Shown: positions 45,406 through 59,270, counted from the whole stretch's first letter. The stretch: 63,999 nt of DNA, filler included, from Circinaria calcarea (GCA_051942165.1; 13 parts of 13 records of this genome joined end to end with filler, not necessarily neighbours in it); one strand, 5' to 3'. Translations and numbers: made by a program. Notes: a model not told the origin generated them from the sequence alone.

Positions 45406-46219
45406 ATGGCTTTTTGCATTACCTTTGGGACTCACAGTACGGGAATCTGCGCTCTTATTGGGAAGACTTTGATGCTAATAGCAATCCTTTAGCTTTCACC
45501 TCCCCTCTGAAGGAATATGAGGGGGTTACGGGCCAGTGCCAAAATTGTACGTGTAATCCATCACTCAATATACCTCGTCACATTATACGGTGTTGGGAGG
45601 CAACAAAGCCGCTAGATGAGCTGATAATAACCTTGATGGTAGGCGGAAATTGGTCGGCGCATTGTGTATCTGAATGGTAGGCCGCCGTCAGATCTTCCCT
45701 TCTGATGAACAGCTACCACCGGAAGAGAGACGAGAATATGTGACTGACAGGTTATTCTGTTGGATTTATAGGCCGTTCTTCACAGTCTGCTTCGTTGTAT
45801 GACTTCCTCAGACTTCCTCGTCCACAACCTCGAACGTCCTGTCAGGAGGAGCTAACCCAATACGTTAATGGAACAGCCACTCATACCCCTCGCGCTACAT
45901 AAATATAGCGTATTAGTTCCTATCTTCTTACTCTCTGTCTTTGGCTGACACCGTGCCCAGTTGGTGACATGTCCTATCTGCCGCTACACACAAGATCTCC
46001 GGTACGCGCTTTTAACCTCAGCTTGGAGTATCGTAAAGGAAGTCTTGTGGGCGGACGCTGACACGTCTTGGTTCTAGTACGAGGCCTGACATGCAAAGCC
46101 AACATCCACACGCAGCGAATCCAATTCAAGGACCTGGAGCAGGTGGACCTGGACATGGGCCTGGGCCCGGGCCTGGCCCAGGAGGACTTCCACCGGTACA
46201 AGGAGTGCAGTACAAGTAA
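45406..46219 (+). CDS. Small zinc-ribbon protein (zinc_ribbon_15-like) with a Gly/Pro tail; 7 exons, about 118 aa
   Basis: Splicing six GT-AG introns gives MAFCITFGTHTFTSPLKEYEGVTGQCQNCGNWSAHCVSEWPFFTVCFVPLIPLALHKYSLVTCPICRYTQDLRTRPDM...GPGPGPGGLPPVQGVQYK*. Confidence 0.85.
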
Positions 46220-46548
46220 TGTGGTGAGCGGCGCATTGGCGGGGGAGAAACATGTATAATAGGAAATGATACACAGGGCGTTTGGGATGGGATCCTGGCC
46301 TGAAGGAGAGCACGATTTCGCTCTCTGATCTGGTGCGCAAAGCTTGGGATTGAGCACGTGAAACTTTGGGCTGCTTAAGAGCGATACAAAGGCTAGTCCT
46401 TAGGGCTTATGGTGGAACCATAAGTCTACAGAGCTCCCAGTGCCGTAGGAAGTTCGAAGTATAGCATTTGCATGCGCACAGCACGAGAACAGACGGACTG
46501 TACTGATATTAGCCTATCCAAACCAATATTTGTATTCACAATCATTCG

Positions 46549-46879
46549 GATAAGCATCGGTCTTAGCTCCTCGCGGCGTCCGCCGAACTCGGGCTAAAAC
46601 CCCCGAGCATCTTGTCCTATGATCGTTTACGATATCAAAACCATCCACCTTATCAATCCGATATCGCCCCCGTTGAGTATCTCCATGATTTTCCTATCAC
46701 TATCATTCGGCCAGAAATGCACAGGCATGGTGCATCGCGTCCTGCAAGCCCCAGACTCGGCTTCTCAGCCCGGAGTCCAAAGAGACCAATGTGCTTGTTG
46801 TCCCTATCAGCCGGATAATTCTGCAGGCATCTCGTTTTATACTTCAACTTCAATTGGGTTATCAGTTGTGGCTTTATCT
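46549..46879. promoter_or_regulatory. Cluster of GATA (AreA/NIT2-type) sites upstream of the urea transporter
   Basis: WGATAR on the minus strand at about 46650, 46694, 46700, 46804, 46859 and 46874, plus GGATAA at about 46548 and 46813. Confidence 0.6.
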
Positions 46880-47017
46880 TGGCCAATGCGAGATTGGGAA
46901 TTAGCCCGCTTTTCCTTTGCTATGTTATATGCCATGATCTGTTCTTTTCCATATCTCCATGATCGCGGGAGTTCCATGTTTTGCGAGCTTCAAGAGAAAA
47001 CTGACTGACTTGCCACG

Positions 47018-49409
47018 ATGTCAAACGTACCGCCGTTAAGTCAAGGTATGACGATACAACTCAGATTGGATGCTATATCTAGTTCCCTCCAGAACGAGAC
47101 TGATACTAATCGCCAAACATTCTAGGAACGGGATATGGCGTTGTCCTGGGGCTCGGGTTTGCCTTTGCTTTCGGTATGATCGTTACTACCTGGGTCCTGA
47201 AACGATATCAAAATGAAGTCCAAACATCCGAGATGTTTTCCACTGCGGGGAGAACTGTAAAATCGGGCCTTGTTGCATCTGCTGTTGTATCGTCTTGGAC
47301 TTGGGCGGCAACTTTACTACAATCCTCTGGGGTCGCATATCGATATGGTGTCTCTGGCCCTTTCTGGTATGCCTCCGGAGCAACAGTGCAGATCATATTG
47401 TTCGCGACTCTGGCTATCGAGCTTAAACGACGTGCTCCAAATGCTCATACCTTCTTGGAGGTCATACGAGCGAGATATGGCGTCTATACTCACTTGGTCT
47501 TTACGGTTTTTGGGTTGATGACGAATATCCTGGTGACGGCGATGTTATTAACTGGTGGATCCGCTGTTGTCACTTCGTTGACGGGGATGCCAACTGCTGC
47601 GGCTTGCTTCTTGCTTCCTGTGGGGGTTGTGCTGTATACGATGTTTGGTGGAATCAAGGCTACTTTCCTGACTGATTACGTGCATACCGTTATAATACTG
47701 ATTATCATCTTCATTTTCGCTTTCGCCGCATATGCCACCAACATCAATCTGGGAAGTCCTGGAAAGGTATACGATCTACTAGTTCAGGCGGCCAAGGCTC
47801 ATCCCGTTCCCGGAAACGCCCAAGGAAGCTATCTGACTATGCAGTCCAAAGAGGGTGCCATATTTTTCGTTATTAACATTGTTGGTAATTTCGGTACTGT
47901 CTTTTGTGATAATGGTCCGTTTTGGTTCTCTGTCCATATACCAGAGAACACCTTTCTAATGTTTCTTCCAGGCTATTATAACAAAGCCATTGCCGCCAGT
48001 CCAATCCATGCTTTGCCCGGATACATCATGGGTGGTCTTAGTTGGTTTGCTATACCTTGGCTCGCCGCAACCACCATGGGCCTCGCAGCACTTGCTCTCG
48101 AGACGAATCCAGTCTTCCCAACATATCCGAATCGAATGGCGGATGCAGATGTTACCGCGGGTCTTGTACTGCCCAATGCTGCTGTAGCTTTGCTTGGCAA
48201 GGGTGGTGCAGCTGCTACACTGTTACTTATCTTCATGGCGGTCACCTCAGCCTCATCAGCCGAATTCATCGCAGTATCATCGATTTTCACATATGACATC
48301 TATCAGACATATTTCAACCCCAAGGCGAGTGGTAAGAAGTTGATATACATGGCTCATACCTGTGTTGTGGTGTATGCGGTTTTACTTGCTGCCTTTTCTA
48401 CCGGTCTTTATTGTAAGTTGTATGAGTCACACATTTAGGATGATGGCTGATGAGACGCTACATAGATATCGGGATATCGATCGGCTATCTCTATCTAATG
48501 ATGGGCGTCATCATCTCATCTGCCGTTCTGCCGGCTACTTTGACTCTGATGTGGAAGAAGCAGAATATGATTGCCGGTAGGATATTCGTTTTACTTGTAA
48601 AAATTAAATCTCTTGTCAACTTACTCTGGACACAGCTACTCTAAGCCCAATCCTCGGACTGGCAAGTTCTCTCATTGCATGGCTCGTCACCGCAAAAAGG
48701 GAATTCGGCAATCTCTCCGTCGCAAGCACAGGAAGTAACGTACGACTCGTTCTCATCTTCTCCCTTGCGACAAAACAAATACTAATCAAACCTCCCAAAA
48801 CCAGAACCCAATGCTAGCAGGAAACGTCGTCGCCCTTCTCTCCCCTCTCATCTACGTCCCCATCCTCACCTACGCCTTCGGCCCCCAAAACTGTAGGTTC
48901 TACCCTCAATATCCCTCCTACAATCTCTCGCTCAGTTTTTCTTACCCTAACCAGACGACTACAAATCCATGCTACTGATTCGCCTTGGTGATGACACCTC
49001 CATCGCGCAATCCGCCCACACCGACCTCGAATCCATCCCGGGCTCCCACGTCACCATCAACGCCAACGGCCTCAGCCCCGCCGAAAACGCCACCGAGCAA
49101 CGCACCCTCCACCGCGCCTCCCTCATCGCTAAATCCCTCACGGGCATCCTCACGCTCGCGCTGCTCGTCCTCTGGCCCATGCCTCTCTATGGCACGGGGT
49201 ACATCTTCAGCCGGCGCTTCTTTACCGGCTGGGTGGTTGTGGGGATCCTCTGGCTGTTCTGCAGCACGCTGTGCGTGGCCGTTTATCCGCTGTGGGAGGG
49301 CCGAAAGAGTATGAAGGGGACTTTTGGGGGGATTATGAGGGATTTGCAAGGGAAGGGATGGAGGAGGGAGAGGGTAGAGGGAAGAGGGGTTGTGGAGGAG
49401 GAGGGGGAA
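47018..49409 (+). CDS. DUR3: Urea active transporter (SSS family, DUR3/UreA); multi-exon, last codons cut by contig end
   Basis: [72 protein letters not shown] and [22 protein letters not shown] motifs. Confidence 0.96.
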
Positions 49410-49964
49410 NNNNNNNNNNNNNNNNNNNNNNNNNNNNNNNNNNNNNNNNNNNNTTAATTAATTAANNNNNNNNNNNNNNNNNNNNNNNNNNNNNNNNNNN
49501 NNNNNNNNNGCCGGACCGGTGTAACTCTTCTCCGTCTAGCTATGTGCCAAGCGAAAGTACCCCGTACTTTGACTGTTCCAAATATATGCACAGCACAGAG
49601 GACATTCAACCAAACAGTCTGCTATCCTCGACAATTTTGCGATCGTTTGCTATTACCCATCACCTTGCTAAGCGATATCTGTTGCAGCAGTCTGCTGCCT
49701 CTTTAAAGTCACTGCGCAATCGACCCAAACTTGACTGTCGTCGCATTGACCCATCCGACATTTCTCAGTCGGTTCTTCAATAATCACCGACGGAACCGCC
49801 GAAGGCCTCCTCCTTTCCCTACGCAATTTCATAGTATTCGCCCCTGATACATCATCAAGCTGCTCTGCCTCAACGCTTGTATCGCATTGGAACAAAGGAG
49901 AATAGACACGATTGTCATGCGAAGCGCAAGGCAGCTGTCTCCTCATCACCGCTTGAAGTAAAAC

Positions 49965-52900
49965 ATGGCCATGAGCTTGGCAGCTGACGAGAAGGCGGCC
50001 CTGGATGCTCGTACGGGTGGAGATGAATCTCGGAAGCCGTCGCAGCAGGATGCGTTGGCAACGATAAATCAGCGCTCTTACGAGAACTCGACTACTCAAA
50101 CCCAGCGAGTTCTTGGGGATCTTCCCGAGGAAGACAATATGTCTAGAGAAAGAGGCACAAGTGCTCCAGTTGGCCCACGCACCGGACAAGACTTGGGCAG
50201 TACCAGAGATATAGTTGTTCGAGAAAGGTCGCGGACAGATGGTAGTTCAGGAGGGAAGCCTGCATCTACAAGGATATGCAAGAAGTGCGGCGAATCTCTG
50301 TTGGGTCAATTTGTTCGAGCTCTTGCTGGTACCTTTCACCTCGACTGTTTCAGGTGCAAAGTAAGTCGACTTGGCATTCATTCGTCCACCCCACACCTAC
50401 TAATGTGTATGTGTCCGTAGGATTGTGGAGAAATCGTTGCTTCCAAGTTCTTCCCAGTCGATGACGAAACTGGTCAAGGCCAATACCCGCTTTGCGAGAC
50501 GGACTACTTCCGACGACTGGATCTGCTATGTTCCAACTGTGGGGGAGCGTTACGTGGTTCGTACGTTACTGCGTTAGATCACAAGTACCACATCGACCAC
50601 TTTACATGCTCGGTCTGCCCTACGGCGTTTGGCGCAAAGGATAGCTACTACGAGCATGATGGCCGGGTTTACTGTCACTATCACTACTCTACAAGATTTG
50701 CACAGCGGTGTAACGGATGTCAGACCGCGATCTTAAAACAGTTTGTAGAAATCTTCCGGAATGGGCAAAATCAACACTGGCACCCAGAATGCTACATGAT
50801 ACACAAGTTTTGGAACGTTCGATTAGCCGCGTCTGGTACGGATCTGATGGAGAAGCCAGAATCGGACAATGATGCTACCGAGGAGAAGCGAGTGTATATC
50901 AAAGAAGAAGAAGAGCAGATGGAGGAAAGAGTATATCGGATATGGAGTGTCCTATCGGCCTTTGAAGAATCCTCCGCCGCTTGTATCTCGGATATGCTGC
51001 TTCACGTGAGCAACGGTGCTTACGTTGATGGAGTTCTAGTCGCAAAGAAATTCATTCTCCATGTTGATATTTTGTTTGGTGCGACTGATAGGCTTGACAG
51101 CTGCATTATTTCTCAAGGATTTAAAGGTATGACTTTGGCTATTGATTTCAGTGGATTATTGTGGTGATCTTACTAACGGAGCTGCAGGACTGGCGTATGG
51201 CCGAGAAGCAAAGCTCCTCTGCAAGAAGATTGTAGCTTTCTTTGCTCTATTATCGAAAACGCAAGAGATAGGAGTTCGAAGGCTTGGCGTGACCCAGGAG
51301 CTTCTCTCCCTTGTTACAGGGCTTGCGCACTATTTAAAATTACTCATACGAATCAGTCTACAAGGGGCTTTGAAGCTCGAAAGAGAAACGCACAATGTTG
51401 GTGGCCTCCATCAATTCCTGGACGAACTGAGTCACTTGGATACTATTAAAGACTCCGAGACCACATTGGATTACAGTGCCGGTGATTCGGGTCTTGCAGA
51501 TGAACATTCCGACATATGCTCTCGATGTAAAGAACCCATAGATGATGAATGTTTCAAGGTAGGGGAGCGACGATGGCATAAAAATCATCTCCGCTGTGAT
51601 AATTGCCAGCGCGATATAGCAGAAGAAGCTGAGGTTGAAGGTGCCTCTTGGAGCGAAGGGGAGCACCAAATCCTTTGTCATCCATGCCTAGGGGAGATTG
51701 GTCAATCGGCTGATGCCGTTAACGGATTTGAATTTGTTTCAAGACTCCAGCAGTACGTCTATCTATTACGGGTCGCCCTGGCCCGGCTTCTTTCAGTATT
51801 ACGTTCCGGAGGAACTCTTCCGCACACTTCAGGTATAATCCCATGATCCGAGCTCCTTTGCAACACACTCACGTGGTGTAGACGACCCCAACTTGACCAG
51901 TTATGATTCGAGCGAAGGCCATTGTATTACACCCGGTGGTCGGCCTGGACTATTGCTGAGCCCGACCCGATCAAAATCCTATGGCGGTACTCCAGGAGAT
52001 GGTCCGACCAGTTCCTCCTATGAGGAAACTGTGGGGGAGATGAAGAGACTTCGTTCTACGCGGATGGACAAGCATCTTTCAACCACCATAAGAAAGGCAC
52101 GAACGTCTCGAATCATCGATGGCCCTGAAGGACAGAGTATAAGCAACCGTGTGAATGGGACGGACCCAAAAAGTAATGGTTTTCACATTGTAGAAGACAG
52201 AGACGTCAATGGAGAACCTATCACAGATCTTAGCTTCGGGCATCAAGATGCGCTCACGCTTGATGATATACCGAGAATAGTAGCTGCAGAGCAAGCAAAA
52301 GAGCAGAGACCAAACGCTTACAAGCATGCTCGAAACCAGCTTATGTCCAGTGGCAGACAACCCAAGCTTCTCAATGGGCACCAGCGTGACGTTTCCGGAG
52401 GACAAGGAAACGATCGAGCAGGCGCTGGCGAGTACCCTGGGCAACGGACGAAACGGTACTTTTCCGAACTCTCGGCATTAGAGTACTTTATTGTTCGACA
52501 CATCGCCGTACTTTCAATGCAACCTCTGTTAGAAGGTCATTTCAACCTTGAAGATTTACTGAGTTTGATTGAGTCGAGGAAGCAACCGACTTTTTGGGGG
52601 AAATTCGGGAGGGCGTTCAAGAATGATAAAGCGAAGGCTGGCAAGAAGAAAGGAGTTTTCGGGGTGAGTCTTGAGACATTGGTCGAAAGAGACGGGGTCG
52701 AGTCAACGGATGGTGTGGGTCCTGGCGCGCTTCGCGTGCCAAGTCTCCTCGATGAGACCATATCAGCTATGAGAAAGATGGACATGTCTGTTGAGGGTGT
52801 CTTCCGTAAGAATGGCAACATTCGTGGACTGAAGGACCTGGCCGAACGCATCGACGCCAAAGAGGGAGAAGTTGACTTGGTAAAGGAGAGTCCCGTTCAG

Positions 52901-53893
52901 GTAGCCGCACTATTGAAGAGATTTCTGCGAGAACTGCCTGATCCTTTGTTGACCTACAAGCTACATGACCTATTTACTACTTCACAAAGTAAGCATATAC
53001 CACGTTTGGAGAATGACGTCCGTGCTGACCTTTCGTAGAAATTGCAGATGAAGAGAAGCGAAGGAGAGTTCTGCATCTGACATGCTGTCTACTCCCAAAA
53101 AGCCACCGGGATTCTGTAGAGATTTTGTTCTCGTTTCTTAATTGGGCGGCCTCATTCTCTCAAGTTGACGAAGACTCGGGCAGCAAAATGGATACGCATA
53201 ACCTTGCCACTGTCATCACACCCAACATCTTGAAGCACGCCGATTCGAGCACCAAAGGTCCAGTTTTTGATGAAAGCTTCTTGGCTATTGAAGCTGTGCA
53301 CATGCTAATCGACTACAATGAACAAATGTGTCAGGTGAGAGTTGCTTTATGATCCTATTTATTTGAGACATGCTAAGCCGTCATAGGTCCCCGAGGACAT
53401 TCAATCGATTCTGAACGACAGCTCCCTTTTCAACAATACCTCCGACATTACCACTAAAGAAATCCTCAAACGTTATGGCGACGTTGCGAGATCCCCAGGC
53501 AATAACTTTCCTACAATTGACACGGACAATGCAGATTCTCCTCTTCCTCGCAAAGAGTCTAACGGAAACACTCGAGCGGGCGCTCCTGTTGTACGGCGTG
53601 TCGACACAGATTATCACCAAGAGAAGGCGTGGCAAGAAGAGTCTTCTGTTCGACATGTTCAAACGAATGGCAGTGGCGGCGCGATGTTCCCATCTAGTGC
53701 GAATTCTCAGAATACGCCACCCCAAGCCCATTTCGAATTTACAAATCCTAGCAGCCCGTATCATCAGAGGGCGGGCAGCAGTGATAGTACAGCGAGTTAT
53801 GGGAACGGGACTCCAGGGAGAAATGCGCAGAGGCAATCCGGATGGGGGAAACAGGGGCTGTCTGGGCCATTGGGCGTGGCAGGCGAGGGATGA
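49965..53893 (+). CDS. LRG1: LIM-domain Rho GTPase-activating protein (LRG1-like), complete, about 6 exons
   Basis: LIM repeats (CKKCGE...FVRAL.GTFHLDCFRC|DCG, CSRCKEPIDDEC...WH); RhoGAP motifs VEGVFRKNGNIR, LLKRFLRELPDPLLT and KMDTHNLATVITPNIL; ends LGVAGEG*. Confidence 0.93.
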
Positions 53894-54441
53894 TCCACTT
53901 ACGTACCTGGCATTGCAAAACGGTTGTGGCTACATATCTCCGCCTCCAACGGTCTCGAGGCTATTGCACACCTTGCACGACTTTCTTCCGTTTGAATTTC
54001 CGACCAGGGATCGATCCCCTTTCCTATCGAGGTCGGTGGTCCTTCAACTACTCTATCATACGTTTTCTTTTGTACCAACTCATGATACCTCTATTCAAAT
54101 TTGGCGTCTGCTCTTGTATGCTATTGAGAGAAGGGTTTCACGAATGCATTGGACAAAAATGGCGTTTACGAGTTCTGATTCTGGATGGGGCTACTACATG
54201 CGTTGGTTGGAAGGCATGCATGCGAAGTAACTTTGTACTTGGGTGTATTGGGCAAAACTAGTGGTTTGGGCGAAAATTTGCGGGCATTTGATGAGACTGC
54301 ATGGTTTTCCTATCGCAGAGAGCCAGATGGAGATGCAGAGGNNNNNNNNNNNNNNNNNNNNNNNNNNNNNNNNNNNNNNNNNNNNTTAATTAATTAANNN
54401 NNNNNNNNNNNNNNNNNNNNNNNNNNNNNNNNNNNNNNNNN

Positions 54442-54819
54442 CGGCGCTTTCCGTGTCGCCGGCGAGAGTATAACCGGCATTGTTGACGACGACATCGATG
54501 CGGCCAAACTTCTCCAATGTGGCGCGAAGTGCGGCATCAATGGAGGGAATTGAAGTGACGTCAAGTTCGAGTTTGAGAACACGGTCGTTGCTAGGAAAGG
54601 CTCCTAGAGTGGAGGTCTTCCGTGCGGTTACCGCAACCCGGTTGGGGGATTGAGCGACAAACTGAGCCAATGCTTGACCAATTCCTGAAGAGCAGCCAGT
54701 GACTAAATCAATATTAATTGATAGATCTGAACGAATAGAAGAGTATTAATAGCGGGCTGCTAACTAAACCAGACGGCATCTGAAGGAAGCTTGTACGGCT
54801 TGGTGTTTGGGCCCTCCAT
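54442..54819 (-). CDS. Short-chain dehydrogenase/reductase, 5' part; cut by contig start
   Basis: MEGPNTKPYKLPSDAVW, intron, TGCSSGIG...LELDVT...FGRIDVVVNNAGY. Confidence 0.88.
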
Positions 54820-55135
54820 TTTCAGCGTAATTGTTTGTTTAGCCTTTAATTCGAATATCTTATAATGCAGCAGGTTGTTGAATACTTATGAGATTGGAGG
54901 TGGTTTTATAGGTGTAAAGTATGTTGCAGTACTATGAGGTAGTCCTGGACTTAGCTTACTGAGCTGGAATCTGCTATAATAAATACGCGGCTGAGGCATT
55001 CAACTTAAGGAGTGCAAACGACTTGTTGATTATTAAGGTATGTTGCCAAAAGGCTAACCCAATTAGGATTAGTGCCTGCTTTACCAGGTCGGACCTGGGG
55101 CGTGAGTAAGCAACAAAACCGTGGCCTTTTATTCG

Positions 55136-55295
55136 TTGCCTCAGCTCTCAGACGTGGCGCTAAGCCCCTTCGGGTTAGCGAGCCGATCCGAGGATTACTA
55201 ACACCTCTCGGGGGGCCACCAAGAGCTATTAGTAAGCTTCGGATCAGCTTGCTAACCCGCTAGGGGCTTAGCGCCACGTCTGAGAACTGAGGCAA
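55136..55295. mobile_element. 160-bp foldback element (MITE-like near-palindrome) with an 8-bp TSD-like flank
   Basis: Arms TTGCCTCAG(C/T)TCTCAGACGTGGCGCTAAGCCCCT... pair almost to the centre; flanks TTTATTCG (55128..55135) and TTCATTCG (55296..55303). Confidence 0.78.
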
Positions 55296-56288
55296 TTCAT
55301 TCGCTGCCCTGTCTGCCTATAGCTGTAACGGAGATAGCTCTATTTCAGGGTTAGCTGAAAGCGTTATATGCATGACTCTGCCGCTCTGGACCTTGCTACC
55401 TCTGCCTCTGCCTCCTTCGCCGGCTACTGTCTCAATATTCCTCAGCTGGCCTCCCACTCTGCGACGACATTGGTTGAGAGCTGCAGCACGGCAAGATCCT
55501 ACATCGAGGCGAATGTTAGATTAGGATGCTTGCCACATGATCAATAAGAGAAATGCCTCATGCCTCCAAAAACCTCGGTATATCAAAATTTCGGACCGCG
55601 TTTATAGGTATAATATATCACGTGTGAAAATAACGAGATCTGCACACTTTTTCTCATTACTCGCGGAGAGCTGCCGTGGGGGCGGCAGTATCCGGTGGCG
55701 CCGTATTGTCTACAGGACCCCTTTCTTGGCTGCCCTTGAACTCTTTGAATTCATCGTTTCAGCAGTACAAACTCCGATTTAGACGTGATTGGTTGCAATA
55801 TAGGCAGAACCTCAGTTCCAGGCGGAGCCGAAACCACGCGGTCAGCAGGGCGTGCGAAGCCTTGCTTGCCAGGAACGAGATGCTCTAGTTTCCAGAAACA
55901 TGATTTGTCTTGTAGAGTTCCTGGAGATGGTTGCCATCATAATGGACTGATATTTAACTCCTTTTCTGAATAAAGCATTCATAATCATGTTCAGTTGGCC
56001 GCCCTATCGTGCTTTAAAAAGGGCTGAGCTGAGCGCTATTGAAGCCCAAAAAAGCTACCAGAAGTGGCGAATATACGAAGATATCGGAGAGAAAAGCGGC
56101 ACAGATCATGAGGCTTTCCGTTGGCTTAGATCACTTCACCACGCCGCTAAGAATTTGGATTTATCAATCCTCCCTGTATTCCATTAGTGCTATGATCAGA
56201 GACAGGAGCAGAATGTAGAATTATATATAATGGGAGATGCTCCCATTGTCTGGCTTTTCGATTCTATCAATATCCCAGTGCCGACTAC

Positions 56289-57714
56289 ATATGGCCCAGC
56301 GAAGTAGCAGACCAGGGGTATGGCCCTTCGTGGTCACAGTTCGTCAACAAGACAACTCGCTGGTCGACATATGAGGCCCCCTCGTTCAACGAGGTGTTTC
56401 TTCCCCAGACCGAAGAAGACTTAAACCATCGGCGTGAGTCGTGCCCTGACTTGCTGTGTTTTGGAGGGCTTTTGGTTGACACGATGGCATAGCTTCAATA
56501 CTTGTCGAGTACTGGAAAGACCTTTTTGGCTAAGTCGGGCGGCAATGGGTATTCTCCCACGCTCCATGCCATCCAGAATGCAGCCTCATAAAGAAGAGTT
56601 ATTTAACATACCAGCAGCCGTCGGAGCATGTCCTTGCGTTGGAGCCATGGATGCCATGCTTGGTGGTGGCCTGGGTTGATTGCAAGGTCTTCACGGTCTC
56701 ACGAGCGACGCTTTGAGAAACGCACGCGTAGCGCTATGGAGCGGGACCATTGTTGATGCATCAGTTGATACTAACGAAGACCTCTTCTGGGGTCTACCAG
56801 GAGCTGGTCAGAACTTCGGCATCGTCATTGAGGCTGTATTCGAGACATACTCCGCCACAAATGGAGGTCAACAGTATATAGTTCACATATGACCTTCAGC
56901 GCAAACAAGTTGAAGGCCGTTTTGGATGTAACAAGTCGACTATCAACCCCTGAATTGGATCCAACTATGTCTCTGGCGATAGCCATTGGTTCCAATCCTG
57001 TGACGCGCGAGGTGAGTACGCAGATTGACAGAGTGCGGCCATATTAATGTTCTTAATGCAGCCATTGATTCTTCTCAACGTCGTTTATCCAGAGTCTGAA
57101 GAGAGAGGTCAAGAATACGCATGTCTCTACTCAGATTTTAGCGACAGCATGACTGGACAGATGACCGCGTGGGCAAACCTGGCGAATATGGCTCTTCCTG
57201 GTGTTGTCATATCTGGATGCCCCACTGGCAACCAGCACAATCAGTACAGCGTCCTGACTAGGGACCTCAAGACGCAGGATTTCCGCGAAGCGTTGGAATC
57301 ATACAAGTTTCCGTGCATAAGCACCTAACAGCAAACAACAGCGTCATCTTCACTGAGACCTTTGGCCAGGCGGGTATCACGGCGTTCCCGGACGACTTCT
57401 CCACCTTTCCCCACCGCGATCAATTCAACAACGGTGTTGTATTCTCCATGACCTACGCTGATAATAGCGCGGCTGTTGCTGCGGATGCGTGGGCGCTGCA
57501 ATGGCACGACCACTTTGCTCAGCGTGAGGTCTCCGGATACGACAGGATGGTTATCTACCAGAACTATGCGCACGATGACGAGCCTTTGTCGGCCTTGTAC
57601 GGGTACGAGGAGTGGCACCATGAGCATCTCAGCGCTTTGAAGAGAAAGTATGATCCTCATGGCTGCTTCAATGGGTACCACGCTGTCCCCGCGAACCTTG
57701 CGGGCTGGTCTTAA
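56289..57714 (+). pseudogene. FAD-linked oxidoreductase (BBE-like) pseudogene
   Basis: RWSTYEAP, FLAKSGGNGY, CPCVG...LGGGLG*LQGLHGLTSD, DLFWGL.GAGQNFGIV and YQNYAH...LKRKYDP motifs; TGA at 56677, frameshifts and an internal deletion. Start is approximate. Confidence 0.85.
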
Positions 57715-59007
57715 GTCCTGACTCCTAGGACTTTGGAAATCCGGGTATAACTTATGGGTAAACTCTAGATTTGAGGCTTTTGTTGATTAAGGGTTATCAG
57801 ATAATGCTGGTACTATTGTTGTTTCTGTACGGCTTCAGTTGTTGCTATTTATAGACCACACAACATTTGTTGATATAGACAAGGATACACGGTTTACTCT
57901 CCTTGAATACGAGTTTCTTGCTCACTCCATCACCAATTACACTCATATTGATAAGCTTGACGATGGTCTTAATAACGAATTCGGCGGATATCTTTAGAAA
58001 TCGACTCGCCCTGATGACGGAGTACCTTTGAGGATTAGCCCGGACTATTCTTGGTGATCTCGATAATAATAGAGTGCTGGGAATGGTGCTGACCCTAGTT
58101 ATGCCGTGACAATGTTTCTGTAGAGTGATTTCATGTGACTGAGCGATGATATTCCTGCCACTTTACCAGAGAATGAAGTTACACTGTGTGTCGAGGCGGA
58201 TTGCGGTTGAAGCCGCAGACGTCGGGTTTTTGTACCCGGGTTAATGAGTGGTCTTTTTTGGCGGCGATTCTCTAAAGTACTGTTCTGGCTGCATTGAATT
58301 CTAATCCATATTGCACGTTTACGTTTTCGTTTATTAGAAACAGACAAGCTTAGATGATTCAGAATAGCATTGGTATGGGAGACTCCGGATAAGAAACACC
58401 AGCCAGTAAGATTCAAAGCACGTGATAAGTAAAATAATACGCACATAGTTTCTTTCCCCATGTTGAAAGCGCATCTACGCGCAATCAAGAATATAAATGC
58501 ACAGGAGGAAATATGACCAGAATTAGGTTCGAATCTCAAAAGTGCTGTTGTTGGTGGTCTGGTGGTTCTCCCCTCCTGTTTCCTGGGAATGTTCTAAATA
58601 AATGAAAGTAATTTTGGGCGGTTGGCTTACCAATAAGACATGATCTTTCCTATCCAATCCCTGAAGCTGCGACGAGGCTGCAGTTTCTGAGAATCACTCC
58701 CTTGACATTTCTTTTGAAATGCGGAGAAGTCACAACTGTCCTTGATCATCAGAAATTTTGCTGCCTCCAACTTCTGCTTTGACGCAAGCGATAGATATCC
58801 TCTCTGGTGTATATATGATTCGATAGTTGAAGCATAATGGAGGGCTTTAACGATCTGGATGATGCAGTGGTGAGTAGCCTGGTAAAAGGTGTTGCAGCTT
58901 ATTTCATGGTTTTTAGAATTCCAGAACACAACAAACGCTCAAACAGTCGGAAGCAACCATGTTAGATCTCAGTAACGTGAGTTACTGTATTGTTCAATAT
59001 TGCTAAG

Positions 59008-59270
59008 ATGGCACTGACGGGCTCTTAGGGTACCGAAGAGTACCTGGACCTTACCAATCTCAGACCCGCTCTTTTGACTCATCCTCCTTCCTACGACTTC
59101 AGCCATATCAAGGATTTTGAAACTTTTCGGGACAACCTTTCACGTGCTCTCAAAGGAGCCTTTCCCTTAAAAGCCAACAAATATGATGGAGTGTACTCTC
59201 TACTTATCGATTGGAGAGACGATGATCTTGGTTGCGCATCTGAGATCCGAGATCTAGATGCTCAACTAAA
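59008..59270 (+). pseudogene. N-terminal fragment of a fungal caspase-like (C14-fold) domain protein with an early nonsense codon; cut by contig end
   Basis: ATG 59008, TAG at codon 7 (59026), then in frame ...AFP...YDGVYSLLIDWRDDDLGCASEIRDL, resembling the VLLL.W.DDDL start of that family. Confidence 0.5.

Noticed and set aside
47915..47971. Apparent 19-aa insertion in DUR3
   Set aside because: It is an ordinary 57-bp GT-AG intron that happens to be in frame and stop-free.
53475..54230. 251-aa ORF overlapping the end of LRG1
   Set aside because: Alternative frame over the true last exon and 3' UTR; no domain-like content.
58099..58929. Two minus-strand ORFs of 146 and 100 aa
   Set aside because: Non-ATG starts and no recognisable motifs.
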